A program made the translations under genes and the position numbers. 64,000 nucleotides of DNA from NCBI GenBank assembly GCA_965219415.1, contig CBDCNP010000002.1, positions 2,176,001 to 2,240,000 on the forward strand. Direction: 5' to 3'. The notes under the pieces are model-generated. The model was not told the DNA's origin, searched no databases, and saw only the letters and a program-made list of their open reading frames with translations. Source of the stretch: Candidatus Marinacidobacterales bacterium. GTDB lineage: Bacteria > Acidobacteriota > Vicinamibacteria > Marinacidobacterales > DATDRI01. This document shows, piece after piece, positions 38,698 to 48,926 of the stretch (positions are counted from its first letter, which is position 1; each line of letters opens with the position of its first letter).

Positions 38698-38796
38698 TCA
38701 GCGGTCTTGCTTGCTCGCCTGAAGCAGAAAGTAGATGAACCCGCCCCAGACACCGGTGAGAACCACCGTCATCATGATGTATCCGGAAAGTTCCAC
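38698..38796 (-). CDS. MetS-like small subunit of NSS transporter (32 aa)
   Basis: GTG-started MELSGYIMMTVVLTGVWGGFIYFLLQASKQDR*, a single TM helix with WGG, starting 1 nt after the NSS transporter stop. Confidence 0.75.
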   Translation of the reverse strand: MELSGYIMMTVVLTGVWGGFIYFLLQASKQDR

Positions 38797-38797
38797 G

Positions 38798-40270
38798 TCA
38801 GTCTCCGTCACCGGTCCCGACTCTCGTCGCCCACCAGCGGTTCAGAAGAAGTAGCACCGCGATCACGAGGCCCCATTGAAAGACAGCGGTGCCAACACTG
38901 TAAGTATGGAAAGGATTCCACCAACCCTCGGGGTCTAGGGTGGTCGCCGCCTGATAGAACCACCAGACCACGAGGGCGGCGAACTCTAGCGGAATGAGAA
39001 TCGTCATCACCAGCACGAACCATCGCCCGACCGGGTGCCTCTCTTCCGGTGTATTGATGAGCTCTTTTCTAAAACGGTCGGCGCCGTATCGTATGGCGGC
39101 GATCGCGATAAACAGTCCAGAAACGAGCAGCCCTAATCCCCACACCCAATCTTGATTTTCCAAGAAGCCCATCTTCCAAGCCGAAGGCAGCCCGAGCACG
39201 AACCCCAACACACCGACCAGCGATACGGCCGTCGTCCGCTGCACTCCCAAGTCCACGAACATACGGGTGGCCATTTCAATCATCGCAATCAGCGACGACA
39301 TGGCCGCAAAACTAAGCGTTAGAAAGAACAGGGCGAGGAACACCCTTCCCGCCCAAATCTGCGCGAAGAGTTGCGGTAACCAAATGAAGGTGAGGCCATA
39401 GTTTCCGGCCCCCAAGGCTTCGCGCGCTTGTGCTTCGGGAAGAACCGAAAAGACCGTGCACATGATCGCGATCCCCGCCAACAAAGACGCCGCGTAGTCA
39501 CCGAACGCGGTGGTGTAGCTGGTCAGCACGAAATCGTCCTTCTTGTGCAGGTAGACACCGTACGTCATGACCAAGCCCCAACCCGCTCCGGTGCTCCATG
39601 CCGACTGGGTCAGGGCCTCCAGCCAAATCCGGTAGTTCAGAAGGTCAGTCCAGACGGGAGTGAAGAGAAAACCCAGTCCCTTGATGGCGTCATCCAACAT
39701 GACCGCCCGAACTGCGGCGACGATGAGCAAAAGGAACAGGAGGGGTATCAGAATCCGATTCGTTCGTTCGATTCCGCGCACCACGCCGCGATAAATGATG
39801 AGGCAACCGATCACCATCGCCGCCAAGTGAAAGGTGGCTGGCTGGAAGCCGCCGCTGGTGAAGCTTTGCCAATACGCTTCCGAATCACTCGCCATCGTGC
39901 CCGAGCTAAGGGTGGCGAAGAAATATTTGAGACACCAGCCCGTGACCACCGAGTAGTAGAACAGGATGAAACACGTGCAAACGCCCACGAAAGCGCCCAT
40001 CCAGTTGTAGTTCTTGCCGATCAAATGACCGATGGCGCCGGCCGGCCCCCTCCGCGTGTGCTTGCCGAGAGCGAACTCGGACAGCACCAATGGAACCGAC
40101 CACGCGAACATGAAAACCAGCCAAGCGATGAGGAAGGCACCCCCGCCATTGGCTGCGGCCACCCGTGGGAATCGCCAGATATTGCCTGTCCCCACGGCCA
40201 TCCCGATCGCGGCAAGCAGAATGCCCCAACGCGAGCTAAAGAGATCTTGGTGCTCTTTCATTTCAGGCAT
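38798..40270 (-). CDS. Sodium:neurotransmitter symporter (NSS/SNF) family amino acid transporter
   Basis: FSSRWG..LAAIGMAVGTGNIWRFP, NGGGAF, YYSVVTGW, GIER. Start ATG 40270. Confidence 0.92.
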   Translation of the reverse strand: MPEMKEHQDLFSSRWGILLAAIGMAVGTGNIWRFPRVAAANGGGAFLIAWLVFMFAWSVPLVLSEFALGKHTRRGPAGAIGHLIGKNYNWMGAFVGVCTCFILFYYSVVTGWCLKYFFATLSSGTMASDSEAYWQSFTSGGFQPATFHLAAMVIGCLIIYRGVVRGIERTNRILIPLLFLLLIVAAVRAVMLDDAIKGLGFLFTPVWTDLLNYRIWLEALTQSAWSTGAGWGLVMTYGVYLHKKDDFVLTSYTTAFGDYAASLLAGIAIMCTVFSVLPEAQAREALGAGNYGLTFIWLPQLFAQIWAGRVFLALFFLTLSFAAMSSLIAMIEMATRMFVDLGVQRTTAVSLVGVLGFVLGLPSAWKMGFLENQDWVWGLGLLVSGLFIAIAAIRYGADRFRKELINTPEERHPVGRWFVLVMTILIPLEFAALVVWWFYQAATTLDPEGWWNPFHTYSVGTAVFQWGLVIAVLLLLNRWWATRVGTGDGD

Positions 40271-40345
40271 TCGAGGACCCCAATGGGAGCCTATTCTAAC
40301 AGGCCGGTTACATATAATGGCTCTCACACTAGATAGGAGGAAGAC

Positions 40346-41573
40346 ATGAAGCGTGCGCTGCCTACCATCGCGATCTTGACGGTTTTCGGCTCGACGAGCC
40401 CAGCCGTCTCCGAGGAACACCCTCTGCGTATACGAGCCGACCGCATCATTGCGGTCGGAGCCAACGTTCGACCGCCCGCCAACGCCGAGGTCCTGGACCT
40501 CACCGGCCATACCGTGCTTCCCGGCCTGATCGATAGTCACACCCATATCTGCCTCGCCCCCGACTACGGCTCTAACAATCCGGTCCTCAACAAATCGGTT
40601 GCGTTTCGAACCTTGGAAGGAGCGGCCGCCGCGCGGGCTTCACTCGAAGCGGGTTTCACTACTCTCCGAGATGTGGACAACGAAGGAGCCGGCTTCGCAG
40701 ATGTCGCGATACGAGACGCCATCAACCAGCACCTCGTTCCGGGCCCCCGTCTACTCGTCTCGACGCTTGCCCTCAGCATTACCGGGGGTCACATGAACCA
40801 CACCGGTCTCGCCCCCGAGATCGACGAGCGTGTACCGCAACTTCGCGGTGATGACGGACACGACCGACGAAATGATCAAGGAAGTCCGCCGGCAGATTAA
40901 GTACGGAGCCGATTGGATCAAGATATATGCGACGGGCACCCTTCGGCACATCGATCGCAAAACGATGGACCCGCTTCCTCAACTGAGCGAGGAGCAGGTC
41001 CGCGCGATCGTAGAAGAGGCCGGTCGCTTTCGGAAGGATGTCGCCGCCCACGCTTACGGCGGAGACGGAGCACGAGCCGCGGTGCTGGGCGGCGTTCGGT
41101 CCATCGAGCACGGAATGTTGCTCGACGAGTCCATCCTTTCTCTCATGGCGGATCGGGGGACTTATTGGTGCCCGACCTTATCCGTCTTCGCCCCTCGAAC
41201 GCCGGAGGAAGAGGCAGACTCCTTCTTCCATCGCATTCAAGTGCGGCAACGAAGAGCATTTCAAAAGGGTATGGAGTTGGGGGTCAAGATCGTCTTCGGT
41301 ACCGACGCCGGAGCCATCCCGCATGGAGACAACGCGGTGGAGTTTCTCCGCATGGTCCGCATGGGTATGGAACCTATGGTGGCCATTCAGTCCGCCACCT
41401 CGCTCGCCGCCGAGTTTCTACGCCTCGAAGATACGATCGGCACCATCAAACCGGGATTGCAAGCGGATTTGATCGCCGTTCGCAGCGACCCGCTCGCCGA
41501 TATTCGGGCCTTGCAGGACGTGGCCTTCGTGATGAAGGGTGGGAAGATCGTAAAGCGCCCTCCGCTCGAATAG
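40346..41573 (+). CDS. Exported amidohydrolase (Xaa-Pro dipeptidase-like), split by one frameshift at ~40841
   Basis: First frame: LPGLIDSHTH, GFTTLRD, ITGGH. Second frame: GADWIKIYATG, AAHAYG, SIEHG, FGTDAG, ADLIAV..DPL.DI. Confidence 0.85.
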
Positions 41574-41615
41574 CCCATTAGGCATGATAGGCTTGTTTCA
41601 GAAGCGCCACATCAC

Positions 41616-42875
41616 ATGCTCTTTGCCGCGATACTCGGCCTAGTTCTCATTCTTGTTTGCTCTGCCTTCTTCTCCGGCTCCGAGACCGCCCTCATGTCCC
41701 TCAACTGGTATCGGTTGCGACACCTGGAGGAGCGGCACGGGCGTATAGCAACAACCATCCGAGAGGTTCTGAGCTACCCGGAGAAAGTCTTGGGCACCAT
41801 TCTTACCGGAAACGTTTTCGTGAATACCGCTGCCGCGGCACTCGTCACCTATGTGGTCACGACTCAAGCAACGAACCCCGAGGAAAAGGCGGCGGCACTC
41901 ACCATCGCGACGTTCCTCCTGACCGCTCTCCTCCTCGTCTTCGGCGAGATGATCCCAAAGAGCGTGGCGGCGCGCCACGCGGAAGGCTGGTCGTTTGTCG
42001 TTATTCGACCCATCGTCTTCTTCATCAAGCTCTTGGGACCCATCGTCAAACTGCTGACCCTGATTTCGATGGGCTTTCTGCGTTTGATCGGAGAACCACC
42101 GCGTCCTCTCCGGCACGAGATGACTCTCGAGGAGCTCAAGGCCCTCATACAGACGGGAGGGGAGACCGGCGAGGAACCGGGAGGCAAGCGTCAAATGCTT
42201 CGAAGGGTTTTCGAGCTGGGCGAGACACGAGTCTCTGAGGTCATGGTGCCGCGGACCGAGATCGTGGCCGTCGAGGTCAACTCAACGCTCGAGGAAATCG
42301 TTGCCCTCATTCAGAAACACCACCTCTCACGCATACCGGTTTACCGCAACACGCTCGACACCATCGAGGGTCTCGTCTACTCAAAAGACCTGATCGCCCA
42401 TTGGGGCAAGAAGGTCCCCTTCAAACTAGCGGACGTGCTCCGAAAGCCCTACTTCTTGCCTGACCGGGCGAAGGCGGAGCAGGCACTCGAACAGATGCAG
42501 AAGCACCGGGTTCACTTGGCGTTGGTCGTCGACGAGCACGGCGGTGTGGAAGGCATGGTGACCCTCGAAGATCTGCTGGAAGAAATCGTGGGGGAGCTGA
42601 GCGACGAGCAAGAAGAAGAGGCGCCGCCGATCCGCGCCCTCCCCGACGGCAGCTACTCCTTGGAGGGCTCTATCTCCGTCAAGGATCTGAACGATGCCCT
42701 AGGATTGACTTTGCCGGAGCGACCCGACTACAACACTCTCGCCGGACTCATCTTAACCCGACTGGGCCGCATTCCCGTCGAGGGAGAAGAGCTAGCGGTG
42801 GAGGGTATGTTTTTCTCGATCGAGAAGGTCGGGGATCGCCGGGTGGTTCGAGTGAGAGCTAGGCGGGGGCGCTAA
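41616..42875 (+). CDS. CNNM/DUF21-CBS-CorC (hemolysin-like) membrane protein
   Basis: SAFFSGSETAL, FGEMIPKS, VMVPRT, SRIPVY, VVDEHGG..G.VTLEDLLEEIVGE, TLAGL. Confidence 0.92.
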   Translation: MLFAAILGLVLILVCSAFFSGSETALMSLNWYRLRHLEERHGRIATTIREVLSYPEKVLGTILTGNVFVNTAAAALVTYVVTTQATNPEEKAAALTIATFLLTALLLVFGEMIPKSVAARHAEGWSFVVIRPIVFFIKLLGPIVKLLTLISMGFLRLIGEPPRPLRHEMTLEELKALIQTGGETGEEPGGKRQMLRRVFELGETRVSEVMVPRTEIVAVEVNSTLEEIVALIQKHHLSRIPVYRNTLDTIEGLVYSKDLIAHWGKKVPFKLADVLRKPYFLPDRAKAEQALEQMQKHRVHLALVVDEHGGVEGMVTLEDLLEEIVGELSDEQEEEAPPIRALPDGSYSLEGSISVKDLNDALGLTLPERPDYNTLAGLILTRLGRIPVEGEELAVEGMFFSIEKVGDRRVVRVRARRGR

Positions 42876-42894
42876 GCGCCGATCAGAACCGTCC

Positions 42895-43064
42895 TCAATC
42901 ATCTTCGTCTTCGTCCCCGTAAAAAAATAGTCCGCACAGTTGGTCGTGCAAAACCAGCGCCCGCTGCGATCAACTCCGCAATCGTCGCAGAAGTACTTGA
43001 AGCAGATCGCACACTTCCGAAGAGATTTCTCCTCATCGGAGATCTCGCAGACGGAACAGTTCAA
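42895..43064 (-). CDS. Small 8-Cys zinc-finger protein (~56 aa; probable homopolymer frameshift)
   Basis: MNCSVC...KCAIC.KYFCDDC...WFCTTNC, strong AAGGAGG SD. Adding one T to the T7 run gives ...DYFFYGDEDEDD* ending at 42895, which removes the overlap with the convergent gene. Confidence 0.7.
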
Positions 43065-43089
43065 CCCCAGCTCCTCCTTGGCGGATTTC

Positions 43090-43119
43090 TTGACAATTTC
43101 TAGTGAACACCATTAAAAT
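43090..43119 (+). promoter_or_regulatory. sigma70-like promoter for the tilS-ftsH-cdaA operon
   Basis: TTGACA-18 bp-TAAAAT. Confidence 0.55.
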
Positions 43120-43206
43120 ACAATGTTTAGAGGAATTTACCAAGGCTCCCAAGCAAGCGGCTCGAAAAGTACCTCGGTCACACCCTGGCCGCGGCGGGGT
43201 TATCGA

Positions 43207-44679
43207 ATGCTCGTCAAGAAGGTACATCGCTCACTCCGGCGGTTCGGAATGATCCGCTCCGGAGAACGCGTGCTCATCGCAGTCTCCGGTGGACCGGATT
43301 CCGTCGCCCTTACTCACGCGCTGGTCGAGTTGGCCGCTACCGAGGGGTTCGAGCTGCGTTTGGCACACCTCAATCATCAATTACGCGAAGACGGGAACAA
43401 CGATGAAACGTTTTGCGCGGAATTGGCGACGCGATTAGGGTTGCCGTTCGCGTCACATTCGATCGATGTCGCTGGTGAAGCCAAACGCAACGGGTTTTCT
43501 CTCGAGGAACAAGCCCGAATCAGTCGCTATCGCTTCTTGGGCGAGACGGCCCAAAGCTGGGATTGCGCCGGGATCGCCGTGGGCCATACCCGAAACGACC
43601 AGGCCGAAACATTCCTGCTGCGGTTGCTGCGGGGATCGGGAACAACCGGGTTGGCCGCGATCCGCCCGGTCACCTCTTTGCCGACTTCATTCGCACCCTC
43701 GTCCCAGGCCCGCCTTGCCCGCCTTGTTCGTCCGATGCTCGGGGTGACACGCTCCGAAGTGATCGCGTTTCTTGATGCGAAGGAAATCGCTTACCGGCTG
43801 GACCGTACCAACTTAGACTCATCGATCCCCCGCAACCGTGTCCGGAACGAAACCCTGCCTTTTTTGGCGCGCCACCACAACCCGAATGTAACCGAAACCC
43901 TAGCCCGGACGGCAGAACTTCTACAAGACGACGAGGATTGGATGGAGCGCGAGGCGGCGCGAACGCTCTCCTCTCTAACCGAGGGCTCCGGGCCTCATGG
44001 GACCCGTATCTCGCTGTCGGTCGAGACGCTCGAACGACTGCACCCCGCCCTGCGCCGTCGAGTCGTCCGGGGAGCCATTCGGAGCACTCGCGGAGAGTTG
44101 CGTGCCATCACCTCCCGCCACATCGAGGACGTGCTCGAGCTCACCTCCCCCGGCAAGAGCGGCCGCCGATTGAGCCTGCCTGGACTCGATTGTGGGCGTT
44201 CCTTCGACACTATCTGGTTCGAGCCTGCCGCTCTTAGTCATTCGGAAGCAAAGGGCTATAATGGCTATGAGTATGCCCTGACCGTGCCCGGGGAGCTCCG
44301 AATCCCAGAAGCGGGCGGAGCCATTCGCGCGATAGAGGCGGATGCCACGTCTCTTCCGCCGGCAGCGGGGGAAACGGTCAAGGTGGCGCTCGAGGAGGTA
44401 AACGGACCGCTGGACCTGCTGGAAACGCTAAGCGTGCGGAGTCCGTTGCCGGGGGACCGGTTTCGTCCTCTCGGGGCACCAGGCTCCAAATCGGTAGCAC
44501 GCTATCTCATGGAGCGCCGGGTGGACCGAGAAAGGCGCCGGTTCATCCCGCTTGTCGTTCGCGGGGAACGGCGTTCCGGCCAGGAGATTTTGTGGGTAGT
44601 CGGGCATGGAGTCTCCGAGGCATCTCGAGTGGATCGGGGGGCTGGCCGGGTGCTTCAGTTGAGTTGGTCGACGGCATGA
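43207..44679 (+). CDS. tilS: tRNA(Ile)-lysidine synthetase
   Basis: AVSGGPDSVAL, HLNHQLR, AR..RY, GHTRNDQAET, RNRVR, C-terminal PGDRFRPLG. Start ATG 43207. Confidence 0.95.
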   Translation: MLVKKVHRSLRRFGMIRSGERVLIAVSGGPDSVALTHALVELAATEGFELRLAHLNHQLREDGNNDETFCAELATRLGLPFASHSIDVAGEAKRNGFSLEEQARISRYRFLGETAQSWDCAGIAVGHTRNDQAETFLLRLLRGSGTTGLAAIRPVTSLPTSFAPSSQARLARLVRPMLGVTRSEVIAFLDAKEIAYRLDRTNLDSSIPRNRVRNETLPFLARHHNPNVTETLARTAELLQDDEDWMEREAARTLSSLTEGSGPHGTRISLSVETLERLHPALRRRVVRGAIRSTRGELRAITSRHIEDVLELTSPGKSGRRLSLPGLDCGRSFDTIWFEPAALSHSEAKGYNGYEYALTVPGELRIPEAGGAIRAIEADATSLPPAAGETVKVALEEVNGPLDLLETLSVRSPLPGDRFRPLGAPGSKSVARYLMERRVDRERRRFIPLVVRGERRSGQEILWVVGHGVSEASRVDRGAGRVLQLSWSTA

Positions 44680-45206
44680 GTGAATTCGTCAAACCTAAAG
44701 TCCTTTTTAGTCAGGAGGAGATCCAACGGCGCATTCTAGACGTCGGACGGCGCATCACGGCCGACTATGACGGCTCGGACCTCGCGATGGTGGGAATACT
44801 GAAGGGCACCATCGTCTTCATGGCAGACCTCATTCGGGCCATCGATCGACCGCTTACTTGCGACTTTCTCAAGGTGGGGCGAGCCAAGGATCAACGGATC
44901 GACATCGCGTTTAGCCCGGAGACAGATTTTCGCGCCCGAGAGATCCTATTGCTCCAAGACGTAGTCGATACCGGCGTCACGATGAATTTCATCGTGGGAC
45001 ACATCCAAGAAGACTGGCAACCGCGTTCGCTGAAAGTCGCCGCACTCATCGATAGGGAAGATCAGCGCAAGGTTGACTGCGCCGTCGACTATGCATGTTT
45101 CAAAGTTGTAGAGGACCGCTTCGTAGTCGGTTACGGCCTGGACAGCGAGGAGCAGTATCGGGGACTTCCGTACCTCGGAACGCTCGACCGAAAGAAGACC
45201 GAATAG
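44676..45206 (+). CDS. hpt: Hypoxanthine phosphoribosyltransferase-like protein with degenerate active site
   Basis: GILKG..FMADLIR and [13 protein letters not shown] are present, and the gene sits between tilS and ftsH. However it has QDVVDTG in place of EDIIDSG and no SSYG loop. Confidence 0.8.
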   Translation: MSEFVKPKVLFSQEEIQRRILDVGRRITADYDGSDLAMVGILKGTIVFMADLIRAIDRPLTCDFLKVGRAKDQRIDIAFSPETDFRAREILLLQDVVDTGVTMNFIVGHIQEDWQPRSLKVAALIDREDQRKVDCAVDYACFKVVEDRFVVGYGLDSEEQYRGLPYLGTLDRKKTE

Positions 45207-45240
45207 AAGCTCCATAGAAGACCTAGAATCTCGGAGGCAA

Positions 45241-47169
45241 ATGTTGAACTCGACCATGAAGAACTTGATGTTCTGGATGGTGGCCGCTTTGCTCATTATG
45301 CTCTTCTGGAGCGTATCGTCTCGCATCCAACAGAAAGAGGAGCAGTATACCTTCAGCGATTTCATGGAGTATGTGGATCGAGGGAATGTCGCCGAGGTAA
45401 CGATCACCGGAAGCTCGGCGGGCAGCCAAATCGTAGGAACGTTGAACAACGGCAACGCCTTCCGAACCTTCGCACCCCCGCAGTACGAGTCCCTAGTAGA
45501 CAAGCTACTGGCACAAGGCGTCGAAGTAAGCGCTCGAGATGCGAATGGCTCTTCCGTCTGGGCACATCTCATCAACTGGACGCCCATCATCATCATGATC
45601 GCTTTCTTGGTCTTCTTCATGCGGCAAATGCAAGGCTCGGGTAATCGAGCTCTGTCGTTCGGAAAGAGCAAGGCGAAGCTCAGCGGCAGTCAACAGAAAA
45701 AAGTCACGTTCAAAGACGTGGCGGGAGTCGACGAAGCGAAGGAAGAGCTTCAGGAAATCATCGACTTTCTGAGAGAACCACAGAAGTTCCAGAAGCTCGG
45801 TGGACGAATCCCCAAGGGTGTGCTGCTTATGGGGCCGCCGGGGACCGGTAAGACGCTGCTGGCGCGCGCCATCTCGGGCGAGGCCAACGTACCGTTTTTC
45901 TCGATCAGCGGGTCCGACTTCGTCGAAATGTTTGTTGGAGTTGGTGCCAGTCGTGTGCGCGACCTCTTCGAGCAAGGGAAGAAGAACGCTCCCTGCATCG
46001 TCTTCATTGATGAGATCGACGCGGTGGGACGCCACCGTGGCGCTGGGTTGGGCGGCGGACACGATGAGCGCGAACAGACTCTGAACCAGCTGCTGGTGGA
46101 GATGGACGGCTTCGAGTCCAACGAAGGCGTCATCTTGATCGCGGCCACTAACCGGCCGGACGTATTAGATCCGGCGCTACTGAGGCCCGGCCGTTTCGAC
46201 CGCCGGGTGGTGGTCTCGCTTCCCGACGTCAAGGGACGGGAAGGCATTTTGAAAGTGCACACCAACCGGATTCCACTGGCCTCCGATGTCGACCTAAGCA
46301 TACTCGCCAGGGGAACGCCTGGTTTCTCGGGCGCCGATCTGGCGAACCTCGTGAACGAAGCTGCCCTGAACGCGGCCCGGTACGGGATGAAGGCGGTCGG
46401 CATGCAGGACTTCGAAAACTCCAAGGACAAAGTGCTCATGGGTGCCGAACGGCGGTCCATGATCATGAGCGAGGAGGAAAAGAAGACCACCGCCTACCAC
46501 GAAGCAGGCCACGCGTTGGTGGCGGCGCTTCTCCCCGACGCCGACCCCATTCACAAGGTGACCATCATCCCGCGCGGCATGGCCCTCGGAGTCACGCAGC
46601 TCCTCCCCGAGTCCGAGCGGTACAGTCACAGCAAGGTGTACGTGGAAGCGATGATCGCGGTCAAAATGGGAGGCCGCATTGCCGAGCAGCTCTTTCTGAA
46701 CCAAGTCACCAGCGGGGCTCGCGACGATCTCGAGAAAGCCACCGAATTGGCTCGCAAGATGGTCTGTGAGTGGGGCATGAGCGATAACCTCGGGCCGATG
46801 ACCTTCGGACGGCAAGAAGAGCAGGTTTTCCTCGGGCGAGACATCGTCCACCAGAGAGACTACGGCGAAGACACCGCCATCAGGATCGACGGAGAAGTGA
46901 AATCCATTACCGAGCGAAACTACGAACGCGCCAAGGGGCTTCTGACCACCAACCGCGACCTATTGCAGCGCGTGGCGGAGACGCTGCTGGTGCGTGAGGT
47001 TCTGGATGCAGAGGAAGTGAAGATGGTGCTCGAGGGGATCCCCCTCAAGGAGCGACCGCCCGCGCCCACGCTAGCCGCTACCGAGAAGAAGCCCGAGACC
47101 AAAGACGAGGAGAAAGCCCCGCTCACACCGCCCATCCTGCCGGCGCCAAAGAGCATTCCGCAGAGCTAA
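45241..47169 (+). CDS. ftsH: ATP-dependent zinc metalloprotease FtsH
   Basis: Two TM helices, [38 protein letters not shown]. Confidence 0.98.
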   Translation: MLNSTMKNLMFWMVAALLIMLFWSVSSRIQQKEEQYTFSDFMEYVDRGNVAEVTITGSSAGSQIVGTLNNGNAFRTFAPPQYESLVDKLLAQGVEVSARDANGSSVWAHLINWTPIIIMIAFLVFFMRQMQGSGNRALSFGKSKAKLSGSQQKKVTFKDVAGVDEAKEELQEIIDFLREPQKFQKLGGRIPKGVLLMGPPGTGKTLLARAISGEANVPFFSISGSDFVEMFVGVGASRVRDLFEQGKKNAPCIVFIDEIDAVGRHRGAGLGGGHDEREQTLNQLLVEMDGFESNEGVILIAATNRPDVLDPALLRPGRFDRRVVVSLPDVKGREGILKVHTNRIPLASDVDLSILARGTPGFSGADLANLVNEAALNAARYGMKAVGMQDFENSKDKVLMGAERRSMIMSEEEKKTTAYHEAGHALVAALLPDADPIHKVTIIPRGMALGVTQLLPESERYSHSKVYVEAMIAVKMGGRIAEQLFLNQVTSGARDDLEKATELARKMVCEWGMSDNLGPMTFGRQEEQVFLGRDIVHQRDYGEDTAIRIDGEVKSITERNYERAKGLLTTNRDLLQRVAETLLVREVLDAEEVKMVLEGIPLKERPPAPTLAATEKKPETKDEEKAPLTPPILPAPKSIPQS

Positions 47170-47211
47170 GTCCCCGGTGGCCTTGGCTCTTTTTGTTCGA
47201 ACGAGTCGACG

Positions 47212-48093
47212 TTGACGGTCCCTCTCGCCGCGCGGTCCATCCACACATTCCGGGCACGAGGAAGGACGCTCTCGCTGGGCCCTCGAACCCGCGTGATGGG
47301 TGTCATCAACGTGACGCCGGACTCCTTTTCCGACGGCGGCCTTTTCTTGGACGCCGAAAAGGCCATTGCCTGCGGGTTGGAAATGGCCCGGTGTGGGGCG
47401 GACATCATCGACATCGGCGGGGAATCCACGCGGCCCGGAGCTTCCCCGGTCTCGACGGAAGAGGAGCTAGAACGAGTGGCTCCGGTGATCACCGCGTTGC
47501 GACGGCAAACTGACGTCCTACTTTCCGCCGACACCGCCAAGGCCGAGGTGGCGAAGTGGGCGCTCGAGCAAGGAGTCGAAATCATCAACGACACCTCTGC
47601 TCTGACCGGCGACCCGAGGGTCGCGGAAATGACGGCGAGGGCCGAAGCCGGTTTGATCTTGATGCACATGAAGGGTACGCCCCGGACGATGCAGAAAAAC
47701 CCAACCTATGAAGATGTTGTTTCCGAGGTGCGTGATTTCCTCGCCGAGGCGTCGAGCCGAGCTGAAGCCGCGGGGGTAGCACCGGATTCGATACTAGTCG
47801 ACCCCGGGATCGGCTTCGGCAAGTCGTTGGAGCACAATCTACAACTGATCAATCGTCTGGAATCGTTGTCGACCCTCGGAAAGCCGATCTTGATTGGTAC
47901 GTCGCGCAAGAGCTTCATCGGCCGGCTTCTCGACATTCCGGCCGAGGAAAGGCTTTACGGAACGTCAGCTTCCGTTGCCGCTTCTATACTCCGGGGCGCG
48001 CACGTGGTACGCGTCCACGACGTTCCAGAAATGATTCACGTTGCCACGCTAACCGACGCTATCTTGAACGAGGCGGGAGCGGCATCGGCGTGA
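47212..48093 (+). CDS. folP: Dihydropteroate synthase
   Basis: MGVINVTPDSFSDGG, GGESTRPG, DPGIGFGK, SRKSF, RVHDV. Confidence 0.96.
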   Translation: MTVPLAARSIHTFRARGRTLSLGPRTRVMGVINVTPDSFSDGGLFLDAEKAIACGLEMARCGADIIDIGGESTRPGASPVSTEEELERVAPVITALRRQTDVLLSADTAKAEVAKWALEQGVEIINDTSALTGDPRVAEMTARAEAGLILMHMKGTPRTMQKNPTYEDVVSEVRDFLAEASSRAEAAGVAPDSILVDPGIGFGKSLEHNLQLINRLESLSTLGKPILIGTSRKSFIGRLLDIPAEERLYGTSASVAASILRGAHVVRVHDVPEMIHVATLTDAILNEAGAASA

Positions 48094-48926
48094 ACGAGCT
48101 GGAAAGTTACCTCGAGTCGTTCGTCCGGGTGACCGAGTTCTCCTGGGTGGATGCCATCGACATCGCTCTTGTCAGCTTCCTCATCTATAAGCTGTTGCAA
48201 CTCATTCGCGGTAGCCGCGCCTTCCAGATGGTGGTGGGGACGCTCATCGTTGTGACGTTGTTCTTCGTCTCCCGCTGGGCGAGGCTCGAGACCGTCAATT
48301 GGTTGCTGCGCAATAGTCTCGCCTACGTCGGATTCGCCATCATCGTGCTCTACCAGGCCGAGCTCCGTAAGGCGCTTGCGCAGCTGGGCAAAGCCCCGTT
48401 GTTTCGCCTTCTTAGCCAACCGCACACGAGCGAGACGGTCGACGAAGTGGTGCTCGCCATGACCACTTTGGCGAGGCGCAAGACGGGTGCGATCATCGTC
48501 ATCGAGCGAGATATTGGCCTCCGGAGTTACATCGAGGGCGGCATCATTCTCGACGCGATACTCACCTACGATCTGCTACTCTCCATTTTCAATCCCAAGA
48601 CGCCGCTACACGACGGCGCCGTGATCGTGCAAGGCAACCGGGTCGCCGCCGCCGCGTGCTTCCTGCCGCTTTCCATCAACCCGCAATTATCGAAGGAGCT
48701 CGGAACCCGCCACCGTGCGGCGATCGGCATTACCGAGGATACCGACGCGGTTGCCATCGTCGTCTCGGAAGAAACGGGTGCGGTGAGCTACCTGGAAGAT
48801 GGAAATATCCTGCGCGGTGTGGACGGCGAGACTCTGCGCGCGAAGCTCAGCCGGGCGCTCGGGACCAGTCGAGCCAAGCGATCGCAAGACGTGAAGGCGG
48901 GCGTCCGGGAAGGTTCGGCGGTATGA
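48090..48926 (+). CDS. cdaA: Membrane diadenylate cyclase CdaA
   Basis: Three TM helices, then DisA_N domain with TPLHDGA and GTRHRAA.G.TE..DA...VSEETG. Confidence 0.95.
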   Translation: MNELESYLESFVRVTEFSWVDAIDIALVSFLIYKLLQLIRGSRAFQMVVGTLIVVTLFFVSRWARLETVNWLLRNSLAYVGFAIIVLYQAELRKALAQLGKAPLFRLLSQPHTSETVDEVVLAMTTLARRKTGAIIVIERDIGLRSYIEGGIILDAILTYDLLLSIFNPKTPLHDGAVIVQGNRVAAAACFLPLSINPQLSKELGTRHRAAIGITEDTDAVAIVVSEETGAVSYLEDGNILRGVDGETLRAKLSRALGTSRAKRSQDVKAGVREGSAV

